Virus record (IMG/VR): IMGVR_UViG_3300046167_000924
Span: 120,079 to 184,078 of that record
Reading direction: 5' to 3' (one strand)
Length of the DNA: 64,000 nucleotides
DNA from: a virus
A program made the translations under genes and the position numbers. How positions within the stretch are numbered: position 1 is the first letter of the stretch; each line of letters opens with the position of its first letter. The notes beneath the pieces were generated by a model. The model searched no databases, was not told the origin of the DNA, and worked only from the letters and a program-made list of their open reading frames with translations. Below, in pieces: positions 1-10,000 of this stretch.

Positions 1-762
1 GCTTAATTTAGAGGCTCTCGCTTCTTCTATATGAAAAAAGTTATTTGCTTTGCTATTTACCAAGTCTTTATAATTAAATCCTGTAATATCTCCGTATTCT
101 GTGAGCGGGTAATCCGAATAGTCTAATTTTTTAAAAACTTCGTTTTTGGAGTCTGTGAAAGCTGATAGCGCTCCATCTAGTTGGTATGTATTCTCAGCAA
201 AAACAACGCATCTTATATTTGTTGTTGTTTTATCTTCCCCTCCGAATGCAAATGGTTCGTTTTCAATCAATTCTGGGTTTACAAAAATAGCTGGAATAAC
301 TTGAGTGTGTGGCGCTATTCCTGATAAATCTTGCTTGAATCTTCCGTTGGAGTCGAATTTGCTTTCTATTATCAATTGCTCTTCTGTTTGGTTTGTGATG
401 TACCAATTAAATTCTTTTACTGAATATTGTCCGCTAAGTGTTGTATTATTTGCGCCGAATGATGAGTCAAGAATAACTCTACCGTCATCAAAGTCAAGTA
501 TCAATCCATTATCTCCTCTTTCTAGCCTCGCTCCATTATTGTAAATACCGCTTGGAATATTGGCCCCATCAATGCTTTCGTCAAATACCCACTGTTTGTG
601 AGGGCTACTATATGTTACAAATGCATCTCCAAGTTGGTCGTCAACACCCATAGGATATAATGGTGATACATAATTTTGAAAAGCTTCAGCCTTGTCTGTA
701 ATAAAATTATCCGCCCACAGCATAAAGCTTGTCGTTAGTTCGTGTTGGAATTGCGGTTTCAT
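1..762 (-). CDS. Partial CDS (runs off left edge), putative neck/tail-terminator-like virion protein
   Basis: Not in the ORF track. Hand translation from ATG at 762 (TAATG overlap with the upstream gene) is open for all 254 codons: MKPQFQHELTTSFMLWADNF...VIPAIFVNPE...NIRCVVFAENTYQLDGALS. Function inferred only from position among head-tail genes. Confidence 0.5.
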   Translation of the reverse strand, partial: MKPQFQHELTTSFMLWADNFITDKAEAFQNYVSPLYPMGVDDQLGDAFVTYSSPHKQWVFDESIDGANIPSGIYNNGARLERGDNGLILDFDDGRVILDSSFGANNTTLSGQYSVKEFNWYITNQTEEQLIIESKFDSNGRFKQDLSGIAPHTQVIPAIFVNPELIENEPFAFGGEDKTTTNIRCVVFAENTYQLDGALSAFTDSKNEVFKKLDYSDYPLTEYGDITGFNYKDLVNSKANNFFHIEEARASKLS

Positions 763-1385
763 TAAAAATAAGACTTGGACACTCTTGACGCGTCAATTGA
801 ATTTAAATTTGTTTCGAATTTAGATAGTAACTCTTTTACGTAAGAAATTCTAACTCTTCCGCCTTCTGGTCGACTTGTGTTTTGAAAACCCGCTCCAGAT
901 CTACTCGAATTAATTGTTTTGTGCATATATTGTCCAAGGTTAGGTATTCCCCTACTTTCTAATTCCTGAAGCCAGCTTGAGCCTGTTGCCCAAGGCATTG
1001 GTGTTGCGGCATATATATCTCTGCTTGAAGGCGCAGTAATAATATAAGTCCAAATAAAACCGCTTTTTCCCATTTGTCTTCTTTTTGTTATAATTTCTAT
1101 ATTACTTAATAATTTTTCTAAATTTTTTATTGGATCTTCTCCTCTATCAAATCCTATAAATCCAAATAAATTGCCCTGCGGTAGTGATCCTGTTATGTTT
1201 GAGCTTCCTGATCCACCTTTTAATTCTCTTGTAACTGGATGCGATTCGAATTCGCTGATAAATTTTTTATGAACAATATTAAATTGTTGTTGTATTATTT
1301 GGTGACCCTGGGAAATGAGTTGTCGATCTTTCGCAACTTGACTTCTAATTGAGTTTCTTAGCGATCTACTGAGTGGACTGGCCAT
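762..1385 (-). CDS. Putative neck/tail-completion protein
   Basis: 207-aa basic ORF, translationally coupled to both neighbours in a virion operon. Function from context only. Confidence 0.4.
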   Translation of the reverse strand: MASPLSRSLRNSIRSQVAKDRQLISQGHQIIQQQFNIVHKKFISEFESHPVTRELKGGSGSSNITGSLPQGNLFGFIGFDRGEDPIKNLEKLLSNIEIITKRRQMGKSGFIWTYIITAPSSRDIYAATPMPWATGSSWLQELESRGIPNLGQYMHKTINSSRSGAGFQNTSRPEGGRVRISYVKELLSKFETNLNSIDASRVSKSYF

Positions 1386-1845
1386 TTGTCTCGATTGGTC
1401 TAAGAAATAAAGTTACAAACTGAATAACATCAAATAATCCATGAGGTCTTGGGTCGGACTCTATGTGAAACATTCTTCCGTCAAACTCCATTCTTTTTGC
1501 AGACTTTATGTATTCATAATCTTCGATTTTTAGTTTTATTCGAACCATACTATTTGGGTCAGGTCGATTAACCTTAACTTGAGTATCGGTTTCTCCAAAG
1601 TATTCTAAACTTCTGTCTGTGTCGTAACGAATTCTAGCTTTAAAAACTTTGCGAACTGGTACATTTTGAACATTAGGAGTTGTGCTTCCAGCGTTCCTAT
1701 ATAAATAGTTGTAAGATGGGTCTGTACTAACAATAACCTTTTGGGCTTCTTTATATACAATAATATCTCTTCCAAAAGTATCGTGAAGATCTAATAAGTT
1801 TGCTGCAATGCTTGCGCGCTCAGAGGATGAAAGAAATTCTGCCAT
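1366..1845 (-). CDS. Putative head-tail adaptor/stopper-like protein
   Basis: Start probably MAEFLSS (ATG at 1845, 14 nt from a GTGTAA motif). C-terminal 'IKSAKRMEFDGRMFHIESDPRPHG..FVTLFLR' resembles head-closure beta-barrel proteins. Confidence 0.45.
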   Translation of the reverse strand: MAEFLSSSERASIAANLLDLHDTFGRDIIVYKEAQKVIVSTDPSYNYLYRNAGSTTPNVQNVPVRKVFKARIRYDTDRSLEYFGETDTQVKVNRPDPNSMVRIKLKIEDYEYIKSAKRMEFDGRMFHIESDPRPHGLFDVIQFVTLFLRPIETNGQSTQ

Positions 1846-1853
1846 GCATCCTT

Positions 1854-1880
1854 TTACACTAAACAATATTTTTTGTGTAT
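1854..1880. promoter_or_regulatory. Back-to-back GTGTAW motifs (candidate divergent late promoters)
   Basis: GTGTAA on minus (1859-1854), 14 nt before ATG 1845. GTGTAT on plus (1875-1880), followed by TAAGGTATAAGG before ATG 1918. Confidence 0.5.
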
Positions 1881-1917
1881 AGATTTATAAGGTATAAGGA
1901 TTTACAACTAATAATAT

Positions 1918-2205
1918 ATGGACGCAGAAAACATTTTCAAAAAATGTTATCACAGGAATACGGTTTCCCTCTTTAAGGGTTTCCTCGTTATGCTTGAGGA
2001 TTTACATAAAGAACATCAAATTAATTTTGATAAATTAAAAACGCATCTTCCTGAAGGTTGTTTACCTATCGTAGATCAAGCTGATTACTTCGATGAAGAA
2101 AAATTACAATATCTAAGAAAAAGGACTTTAGATATAGGTAACGAAACAATTAGAAATATCGAAGGAGAATTAGATAATTATACTATAGAGTTTACATTTA
2201 AATAA
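1918..2205 (+). CDS. Hypothetical protein
   Basis: 95-aa ORF with SD-like TAAGG upstream; first gene of the plus-strand tail operon. Confidence 0.7.
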   Translation: MDAENIFKKCYHRNTVSLFKGFLVMLEDLHKEHQINFDKLKTHLPEGCLPIVDQADYFDEEKLQYLRKRTLDIGNETIRNIEGELDNYTIEFTFK

Positions 2206-2213
2206 TAATTATT

Positions 2214-3029
2214 ATGGCAGAAGCAACAATAGAAACACAAACAATGGATGATACTCGCAAAAAGCTGCGAGAAATTTATAGCTTTACTTTTGAGAAAACA
2301 GAAAAAGTAAAAAGAACCGAAACGAATACAGTCAAGAACGAAGAGACTGGTGAATCAGAGGAAATCACTGTAACAAAAGAAGTTTCTGAAGCTATTCCTT
2401 ATAGGGTTGTAATGAAGCAACCTACGCGCCGCCAAATCGAAGAAGCAGAGCTTGAGTTTAGCGTTGAAATGAGTAATTGTATTAAGAAGGGAATTCTAAC
2501 AAAAGCAATGCTCGCAAAAAAATATAGCGACACAGGTGGACTTCTTGCTGAAGAAGACGCAAAGGCTTTAACAAAAATGTATGTAAACTACGGCGAACTT
2601 TCTCAAGAGAGCGAAAAAATTCAAATCAAAAGCGTTCAAACTGAAAAAGATGAAGCTCGTCTCAAAGAAATTTCTGGCGAGATTGCTATTTTAAGAAAAG
2701 ATATTGTTAATGTTGAAACATCATATTCTAATTTATTTAATCATACTGCTGATGTACGAGCTGAGAATAAAGTTATTCAATGGTATATATTGCATCTTAC
2801 TTTTATACAGAAAGACGCCGAAGATGATTTGGATCCATTGTTTGAAGGAAATGATTTTGAGCAAAAGCTGCAAACATATTATGATCTAGAAGAACAGGGT
2901 AGTGACTTGTATGATTTGGTTGGCGGAAAAATTGCAGCACTATTTAGTTTCTGGTATTACAGTTCTGGCGCAGTATCAACCGCTGACTTCGAAAAGCTTG
3001 ACAACGACATCGAAGAAGGTAATGTTTAA
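2214..3029 (+). CDS. Putative tail assembly chaperone-like protein
   Basis: 271-aa acidic helical ORF upstream of the tape measure. Function from synteny only. Confidence 0.4.
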   Translation: MAEATIETQTMDDTRKKLREIYSFTFEKTEKVKRTETNTVKNEETGESEEITVTKEVSEAIPYRVVMKQPTRRQIEEAELEFSVEMSNCIKKGILTKAMLAKKYSDTGGLLAEEDAKALTKMYVNYGELSQESEKIQIKSVQTEKDEARLKEISGEIAILRKDIVNVETSYSNLFNHTADVRAENKVIQWYILHLTFIQKDAEDDLDPLFEGNDFEQKLQTYYDLEEQGSDLYDLVGGKIAALFSFWYYSSGAVSTADFEKLDNDIEEGNV

Positions 3030-3034
3030 TATGC

Positions 3035-4021
3035 GTGGAAACTGTCAAGCGCAGAAAGATATTTAGAGATATAGTTCGTGGTTATTCAACCACAACACTA
3101 GAAGAGGATTTTGTATATATCAAACATCTAACTCCTCATGATCAAGTAGAACTTGAGGAGATCGAAGAAAAGTATCATAATATAGCACTTCGCAGGGGTG
3201 TGCCCACCGAAGAAGATATGCTGGTGTTCCTAAAAGAGGAAGATCAGTGGAAAGATTCTGACGATAAATTTATTGAAGATAAAACATATTTTCTTGAGAC
3301 TTTAAAAACTGCAAAAACTAAAATGGTTCTTAAGCGCCAGATAGATAAGCAGGATGAATTGATTCTTGAGGAAACAATAGCTTTACATAAAAAACAAAAC
3401 GAAAAAGCCTCGCTCTTGGGTAACACTTGTGAGAAATATGCACGCGATAGATTAAATGATTTTTATATGATTCGCAGTTTTTATGAAGATAAAGATTTAA
3501 CCACCCCTCTATTTGATGAGCAGAAATTTGATGAACTCGAAAATCATGATATTAAAAAAGTTGTTCTTCGATACAATGAATTATTCGAAGCATTTAATGA
3601 AGAAAATGTACAATATACTATATTAGAAGAATTTTATAATCCATATCTTAGTTTTGCTGAAGATAGTATGCAGTTTTATGGAAAACCATTTTGTAATTTA
3701 ACATATAATCAAATAAGATTAATTGTATATACTAGAGTATTTAAAAATATATTTGACTCAAATGAAAATATACCAGATAATATAAGAAAAGATCCCGCGA
3801 AATTGTTAGAGTTTGGCAGTAGCTCAAGAGAGGAGAGGGACAAGGCGAAAGATAAATTATCAAAAGGTGATGCAAGTACATTGGTTGGTGCAAAAGATGA
3901 AGATTATGAATACCTTGGAATACAAAAACCGCAGGGTGGAAAAGATCTAGACGAAGAGACTAGAAAAAAAGGTGGTAAGTTAAATATGCAAGATTTAATG
4001 AAATTGCATGGCGTAGGATAA
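3035..4021 (+). CDS. Putative tail assembly chaperone-like protein
   Basis: 328-aa helical ORF with GTG start, immediately before the tape measure. Function from synteny only. Confidence 0.4.
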   Translation: METVKRRKIFRDIVRGYSTTTLEEDFVYIKHLTPHDQVELEEIEEKYHNIALRRGVPTEEDMLVFLKEEDQWKDSDDKFIEDKTYFLETLKTAKTKMVLKRQIDKQDELILEETIALHKKQNEKASLLGNTCEKYARDRLNDFYMIRSFYEDKDLTTPLFDEQKFDELENHDIKKVVLRYNELFEAFNEENVQYTILEEFYNPYLSFAEDSMQFYGKPFCNLTYNQIRLIVYTRVFKNIFDSNENIPDNIRKDPAKLLEFGSSSREERDKAKDKLSKGDASTLVGAKDEDYEYLGIQKPQGGKDLDEETRKKGGKLNMQDLMKLHGVG

Positions 4022-4026
4022 TTTTA

Positions 4027-4032
4027 GTGTAT
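4027..4032 (+). promoter_or_regulatory. GTGTAT motif upstream of tape measure
   Basis: Lies in the 39-nt gap, followed by AATAAGGAATAAGGT before ATG 4061. Confidence 0.45.
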
Positions 4033-4060
4033 TATTACCTTGAATAAGGAATAAGGTAAT

Positions 4061-7000
4061 ATGGCTATAAATCTTAACGTACAAGGTAATACACAACCTC
4101 TTGAGGCTGCGGTTCAGGCTGCAGTAAACAGAATACGTAAAACGCCTATAAAAATAACTGTTGACGACAAGGGTGCCACTCAACCCCTCGGAAACATGAA
4201 GCGCGGTGCCGACGAATTTAGTAAGTCAATGGAGGCTGCTAATGCTCGTATTATAGCTTTCGGAGCTAGTATGGCAATTATCAATGGAGTTTCTGATGCT
4301 TTCAAGGCAATGGTTAAAAATGTTGTTGAAGTTGAAAAAGCTTTAGCAGATATTAATGTTGTTATGGGTTTGTCTGCGACCAACTTAGACAAATTCTCTT
4401 CTGGTTTATTTAAGGTCGCAAAAGAAACTGCTGCAAGCTTTGATGTGGCTGCCGCCGCCGCAACAGAATATGCTCGTCAAGGTTTAAAAGTAGAAGAGAC
4501 TTTAAAAAGAACAAAAGACGCTTTAATCCTGACTCGATTAACAGGTATGGATTCTGCAAATGCTGTTAAAGCTTTAACTGCAGCAATGAATACATACGGA
4601 GATCAAATAAAAGATACCACTCAACTGGTAAGTAAATTTGCTGCGGTTGACGTTCAGTTTGCGGTTAGTGCAGAAGACTTTGCTGATGCAATATCTCGTA
4701 CTGGTCAGGCTGCAAAAAGTGCTGGAGTAGATATTGACGAATTGGTTGGTTTGGTCACCGCAGCTCAACAGCAAACTGCTAGAGGTGGTAAGGTAATCGG
4801 AAACTCATTTAAAACAATTTTCACAAGAATTGGTAGAACTGATACTTTAAATCAATTAGAAAATTTGGGAATAGCTGTTCGTGATGTAGAAGGTAGAACG
4901 CTAGGAGCAAAAAGAATTTTAACTGACCTTGCAAATACTTTTGATCATTTGAGCGAAGCTCAAAAAGCACAAATCGCACAAACCGTTGGTGGGGTTTTTC
5001 AGATCAACGTGCTTAAAGCTGTTTTAAGTGACGCCGCGAAACAAAATGGTATTCTTGCTAATGCAACGCAAATTTCTGCTGGAGCAACTGATGAAGCAAT
5101 AACGAAAAACGAACAATTGCGGCAAACTATGGCTGCTATGGCCAGCGAAACAGGTTTAGCTTTAAAAGAAGTTAGTGCTCAAATTGGTGAAATTATGCTT
5201 GCTCCAGGAATGGAGAAGATTTTAAATATAGTAAAAAGCATGACCGAAGGTGTTGGAGATATGCTTGGAACTGGAGAGGGTGCAGGAAATACATTTGCAA
5301 AAGGATTTTTAAAAGGTTTGGGTAATATTATAACTGGCCCAGGTTTGGTTGTGATGGTCGCGGTTTTTACTAAGTTATTGATTAAAGCTGTTCAATATGC
5401 TAGAGACAGTTTAAAATCATTGATCGGTGTTACAAGCGAAGCTCAAAAACAAAAAGCTATTCAAACTTCTTTGGTTACATTGTTTGGCCAGAACGCTGCG
5501 CTAAATAAAGAAATGCTTCGCACCGACATAAGCCGAACCGAAAAAGAAAAAATAATTTTAAGTTTGCTTAAGGCTCAGGTTATGGAGGCTAACGCTTTAA
5601 ATAGCCTGACAAAACAAATGTCTACAACTTTGTATTCAAAAGGTTATGGAGCTAATTTAGCTCCAAGGCGAGGTAAAGCTGGTGGTCATATTCCAAATTT
5701 TGCAGATCCAGAAAGACAGCAAGCTGCGCGAGGTGGATATGCTGCTGGAAGTATTCGCAGTATGAATATGCCTGGCGAAGGCTCGGTAATATATAACAGC
5801 GCAGAAAAAGTAAAGAATTTTAAGGGCATGACTCAGCCCGCTATAATGCCTCCTCATTCAAGCAAGGCTGGAAAAAATTATCAACAAGCATTTGGTAGTA
5901 TACATGGATTTGATCCATATGCTGCAAGAGGATATATACCAAATTTTGCATCTGCGCAAGAAATTGGCAGTAAAAACGCAAAAAAAGCGGGTAAAGTTTT
6001 AAATTCAGATGGAGGTATCATTCTATTAACCGCAAATTATCCCGGTAAAGATTTGACCTCTCCAACATTTTGGGTTAGGGATGCGGCCAAAGGCGAAGCT
6101 GGAGCTGGAACTAGGGTTCATCAAAATGTCGGAACCATGCAAACATCTTTAAAAAATAAAACTTTCTCTGGAAAAAAACTTACAGCAAAAGGCAGAAAGC
6201 CAGGCGGCGCAGCAATCGATGCCTCAGGAGTCACAATGAGACAAGTTAAAGTTCCAACTTACTCATTAGATAAAAGTGATTCAAAAATTAATCTCCCTAA
6301 AAATAAAGATTTTCAAAAATATTCATATGACAAATTAAAGAGGTATGGTAAAAATCTGACAATAGATATGGTTAATAGATTAATGCCTGGTCAGAAAATA
6401 AGCAATTTCAAAGGAAACAAAAACGCAATAGAAGATAATGATGTTGCTGTCATGGGGGGTAGGATTTTTGAAAAAGTTTTAGAAGCAATTACCCAAGAAA
6501 TAGAGGGCTTATCTGGGGGGCACAAAGGCGCTTTGTTGGATGTGCCTGCTAACCCAAAACTATTTGAAGTTTTTGGGGCAAAATTACCTGCCGGAAAAAT
6601 TGGGGCTGAGGCTAAAATTAGTAGTGATACAACACATATGAAAAGTGCTGCTAGGAAAATATTTGATGTTTTAAGCGGCACTAAGGAGGCTGATATTTTA
6701 TCAAAGGCTTTTCCCAGCAAAAAAACTTTTTCAAAAACTTCAGATATTAAAAATAAGGCTTACGGTCATATCCCCAACTTTGCCGATCCACTATCAGACG
6801 CAATAGGTAGAGAAAAAGAAGCTGGCGTTCCTGTCTCTCAAATTCGTGTCGGTTCTCATCCAGCATTAATGAATAAAAGTAACCCAATTGGTCTCGGCGT
6901 AACCAACACACAAGATGAACCAAATGGACTGCGCGATGTATTTGGCGCCGCTAATGGATTTGTGCCGAATTATGTTAACCCATTCGGTTTTGTTAAAGAT

Positions 7001-10000
7001 AAAATTGTGCAAACTAATTTTGCTAAACAAATGACTTTGGGCGCAAGTAATTTAGAAGATTTTAATAAAAAACTAAAAAAACACAAACAAGAACAACAAA
7101 AACATTCTACAGCGGTTAGCAGAATAGAAAAACAACTTCAAAGGAATTTACTTTCTCAAAAAGAAGTAGATCGATTAAATAAACAGTTAGCGACCGCAAA
7201 AAAACACGAAGCCGCAGCTTCTAGGAGAATTACGTCCACTACAAGGGGGACAGGGGTCGGAGGATTTCTTGGTAGGTCAAGCGCCCGCATGGGTGGAGCG
7301 TTCAGTGGCAATTCAGGCATGATGATGATGATGGGAGCTCCTATGGCGGCAGGGTTTCTTCAACAAGGGGGAATGGGTGCACAGGGCGGAAATCAAGGTA
7401 TGTACGCTGCAGGCGGAGCTTTAAGTGGTGCCGCTTCCGGGGCTATGATGGCGAGCATGATCGCCCCAATGTTCGGGCCTGCAGCGCCATTGGTTATTGG
7501 TGTTGGCGGATTAATTGGAGCTGTGCAGGGCATGAAATCCGCAAACGAAGAAAACACAAAAGCCCTAAAAGAGCAGGCCGATGCGAGATTAAATGCTCAA
7601 ACTCAATCCGCTATGCAGGGCTTTGCAAACATAACTCAGGCAAAGGAATTATCTCAAAAAATAGGATCCACAAGCGCAAAAAGTAGTGATTTGCAAAATA
7701 TTGGGCTCACCACAGGAGCTTCTGTATTAGAAGGTTTTTCTAAAATATCTAATATTTTTAAAGGGGCAGCGGAGGCTCCGACTTTCAGCAGCCTAACGAA
7801 AAAACAGAAAGAATCTTTGTCTCCAGAAGTTCAGGCCTATATGGAGAGTGTATCTCGTGGGGATTTGGGGTCTAGATATTATACAGAATCACAAATAAAA
7901 GCAGACGATCCTAATGTTGTAAGTAAGCTTGGGTATTTTAAAGATGATGTTGGGGTTGCAAAATCTAGAAAATATCAGTCCGAGACTAAGGAGATCGTAG
8001 GATTTGGCAAACAAAAAGTTGCGTCTGCCAAAAACATTCAGGGTTCTTTGATTGATTATTTAATGAAAAATGAGAAATCTAAACTTTTTAGTTTTGATTT
8101 CGGTAAACAGGATGGAGCTGCAGCAAACACAGTAATAGAGAACCTAACAAAAGAAGAGTATGCAAAAGTTTTAAAAGGTCAAGAAGTAAGAGGCGGCTTG
8201 CGGGCTGACACAACTTTGATTCAACAAGAACTTGGTGATAAGTTGAAAAAAATCTATAATGATTATGAAGTAAAAGCGGGAGAACAGCGTGACGCTTTAA
8301 TCCTTCAACTAAACTTTCAGCGAGTGATGTTAAAGTCCCAAAAAGCTGCAGCGGACGCTCAGTTAGATATAAAAACTAAATATCTAAAACAATCTAATTT
8401 ATTAGATTCTCAAGAAAAAATGCTCGGCGGGCTAATGAGTGAAGAGCAAAAAGTTAGAATTCAATATAATAAAAATTTAACAAAAGCTTCTGAGGCTTAT
8501 GCTAGTGGAGCTGCCAAGGCAAAGTCTGATTTTTCTATGGGTCTGCTTCAAGATATTCAAGGGCAAGGTAAGGATAGCCTTAGATCTGCAATAAAGCAAG
8601 AGTTGTTTAAACGAATGAGTGATAGAGAGAAATCCGGAAAAGACGCAGGAGGTATTACAAATATTAAACTCTCTGAAAAATTAGCCGAAATGTCATCTAA
8701 GGAAAAAGAAGATCTTTTAACGAGCTTAAAAAGTCGAAATCCGGGAGTCGAAAACGAAATTAATGAAATACTAGGCAATAGACAATTAATATATGATAAC
8801 CAAATAAACACCCTAGGAAAACAAAAAACTCTTTCTGATGGTCAGAGCCTGTCTCAAAAAAATCTCAATGAAAAAATTGCTAAACAAAAAGACCTAATGG
8901 TTGATGTTAACAGGGAGATGCAGGATTACATTCGTGGTTTAGATAATGCCGCTCAATCCAGAGCGATAGCTTCTGAAATTACTGCTGCTAGATTTGGAGC
9001 CAGACCTCAAACTCAAGGTGCGATTTTCACAGAACAAGGAAGATTGACTGAAGAAAGAAAGAAAACTATCAGAACAGACTATGCAAAAAGTGCAACTTCT
9101 CAAATTAAAAAGCTTGCTGATGATATGGGGTTAACCGAAGAGCAAATAAAGCAGGTGATTCAAAAACCTAGCTTACTAAAAGGTATGCCTTCAAAACCTA
9201 TTAGCTCTATGGAAGAAGATCTGGGTAGTCTTCAGTTTTCAGCTTTTGCAGAAGAAAAGGGTAGCGATAAGCATAAATCACTTCTTGAGCAAATTGAAGA
9301 GCTCGAACAATCAATTGCTAGCGCAAAATCAGAAACAGCTAAAAAATCTGACCGTATAACAAAAATACTCCAAGGCGATCTTAAGATAACCAAGGAAAAA
9401 CTTTCAAAAGAAGATAAGTTGCTAGAAATAAGAAAAGACGAGTACACCCGAAGAACTGGCCCGGATGCTTTCGGGGAGGGCATCAAGGATGCTGGAATAG
9501 AAATGGAAAAGCGGGTCGCTATGATGGATTATGAATTAGCAAAGAATATACCTATGAAATTCGCAGACGGTCTCGCACAAGCAATGCAGGCAACATTAAA
9601 TCAAACCGAGAATCTTGGTGATGCATTAATGGGAATCGCATCAAATTTCTTGCAAGCAATTCAAAGCGCTCTTCTTCAAAAAGCCGCTTATCAAATTGTT
9701 GGTGGAGTGGGCGCCTCAACGGGGTTATTCTCAAAAGGCGGTGGTGTTAGAAATTATAGTCGAGGTGGAGGGGTGCCTGCTATGGTAACTAATGGAGAAT
9801 ATGTTATGAGTGGAGATGCTGTTTCTAAATACGGAGGAGCTTTTATGCATAGCTTAAATGCTGGAGGAAAAATTCCTGGATATGCAAATGGTGGTGCAGC
9901 TCCAGGATCAGCAATCGCAGAAAATTTTGGAGGAGGAAGAGGTTTCGCTTCTGGCCGAGCTTATCAATCCAAAGCTATGTCTTCATTCTTTTATACTCAA

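Noticed and set aside
3015-3040. Programmed -1 frameshift (G/GT type) between the two pre-TMP genes
   Set aside because: The second gene is in the -1 frame, but a TAA at 3020-3022 closes that frame and the remaining TGTTTAA is not a slippery heptamer.
7318-7332. (ATG)5 microsatellite in the TMP
   Set aside because: In-frame Met run within a Gly/Met hydrophobic segment; no phase-variation consequence.
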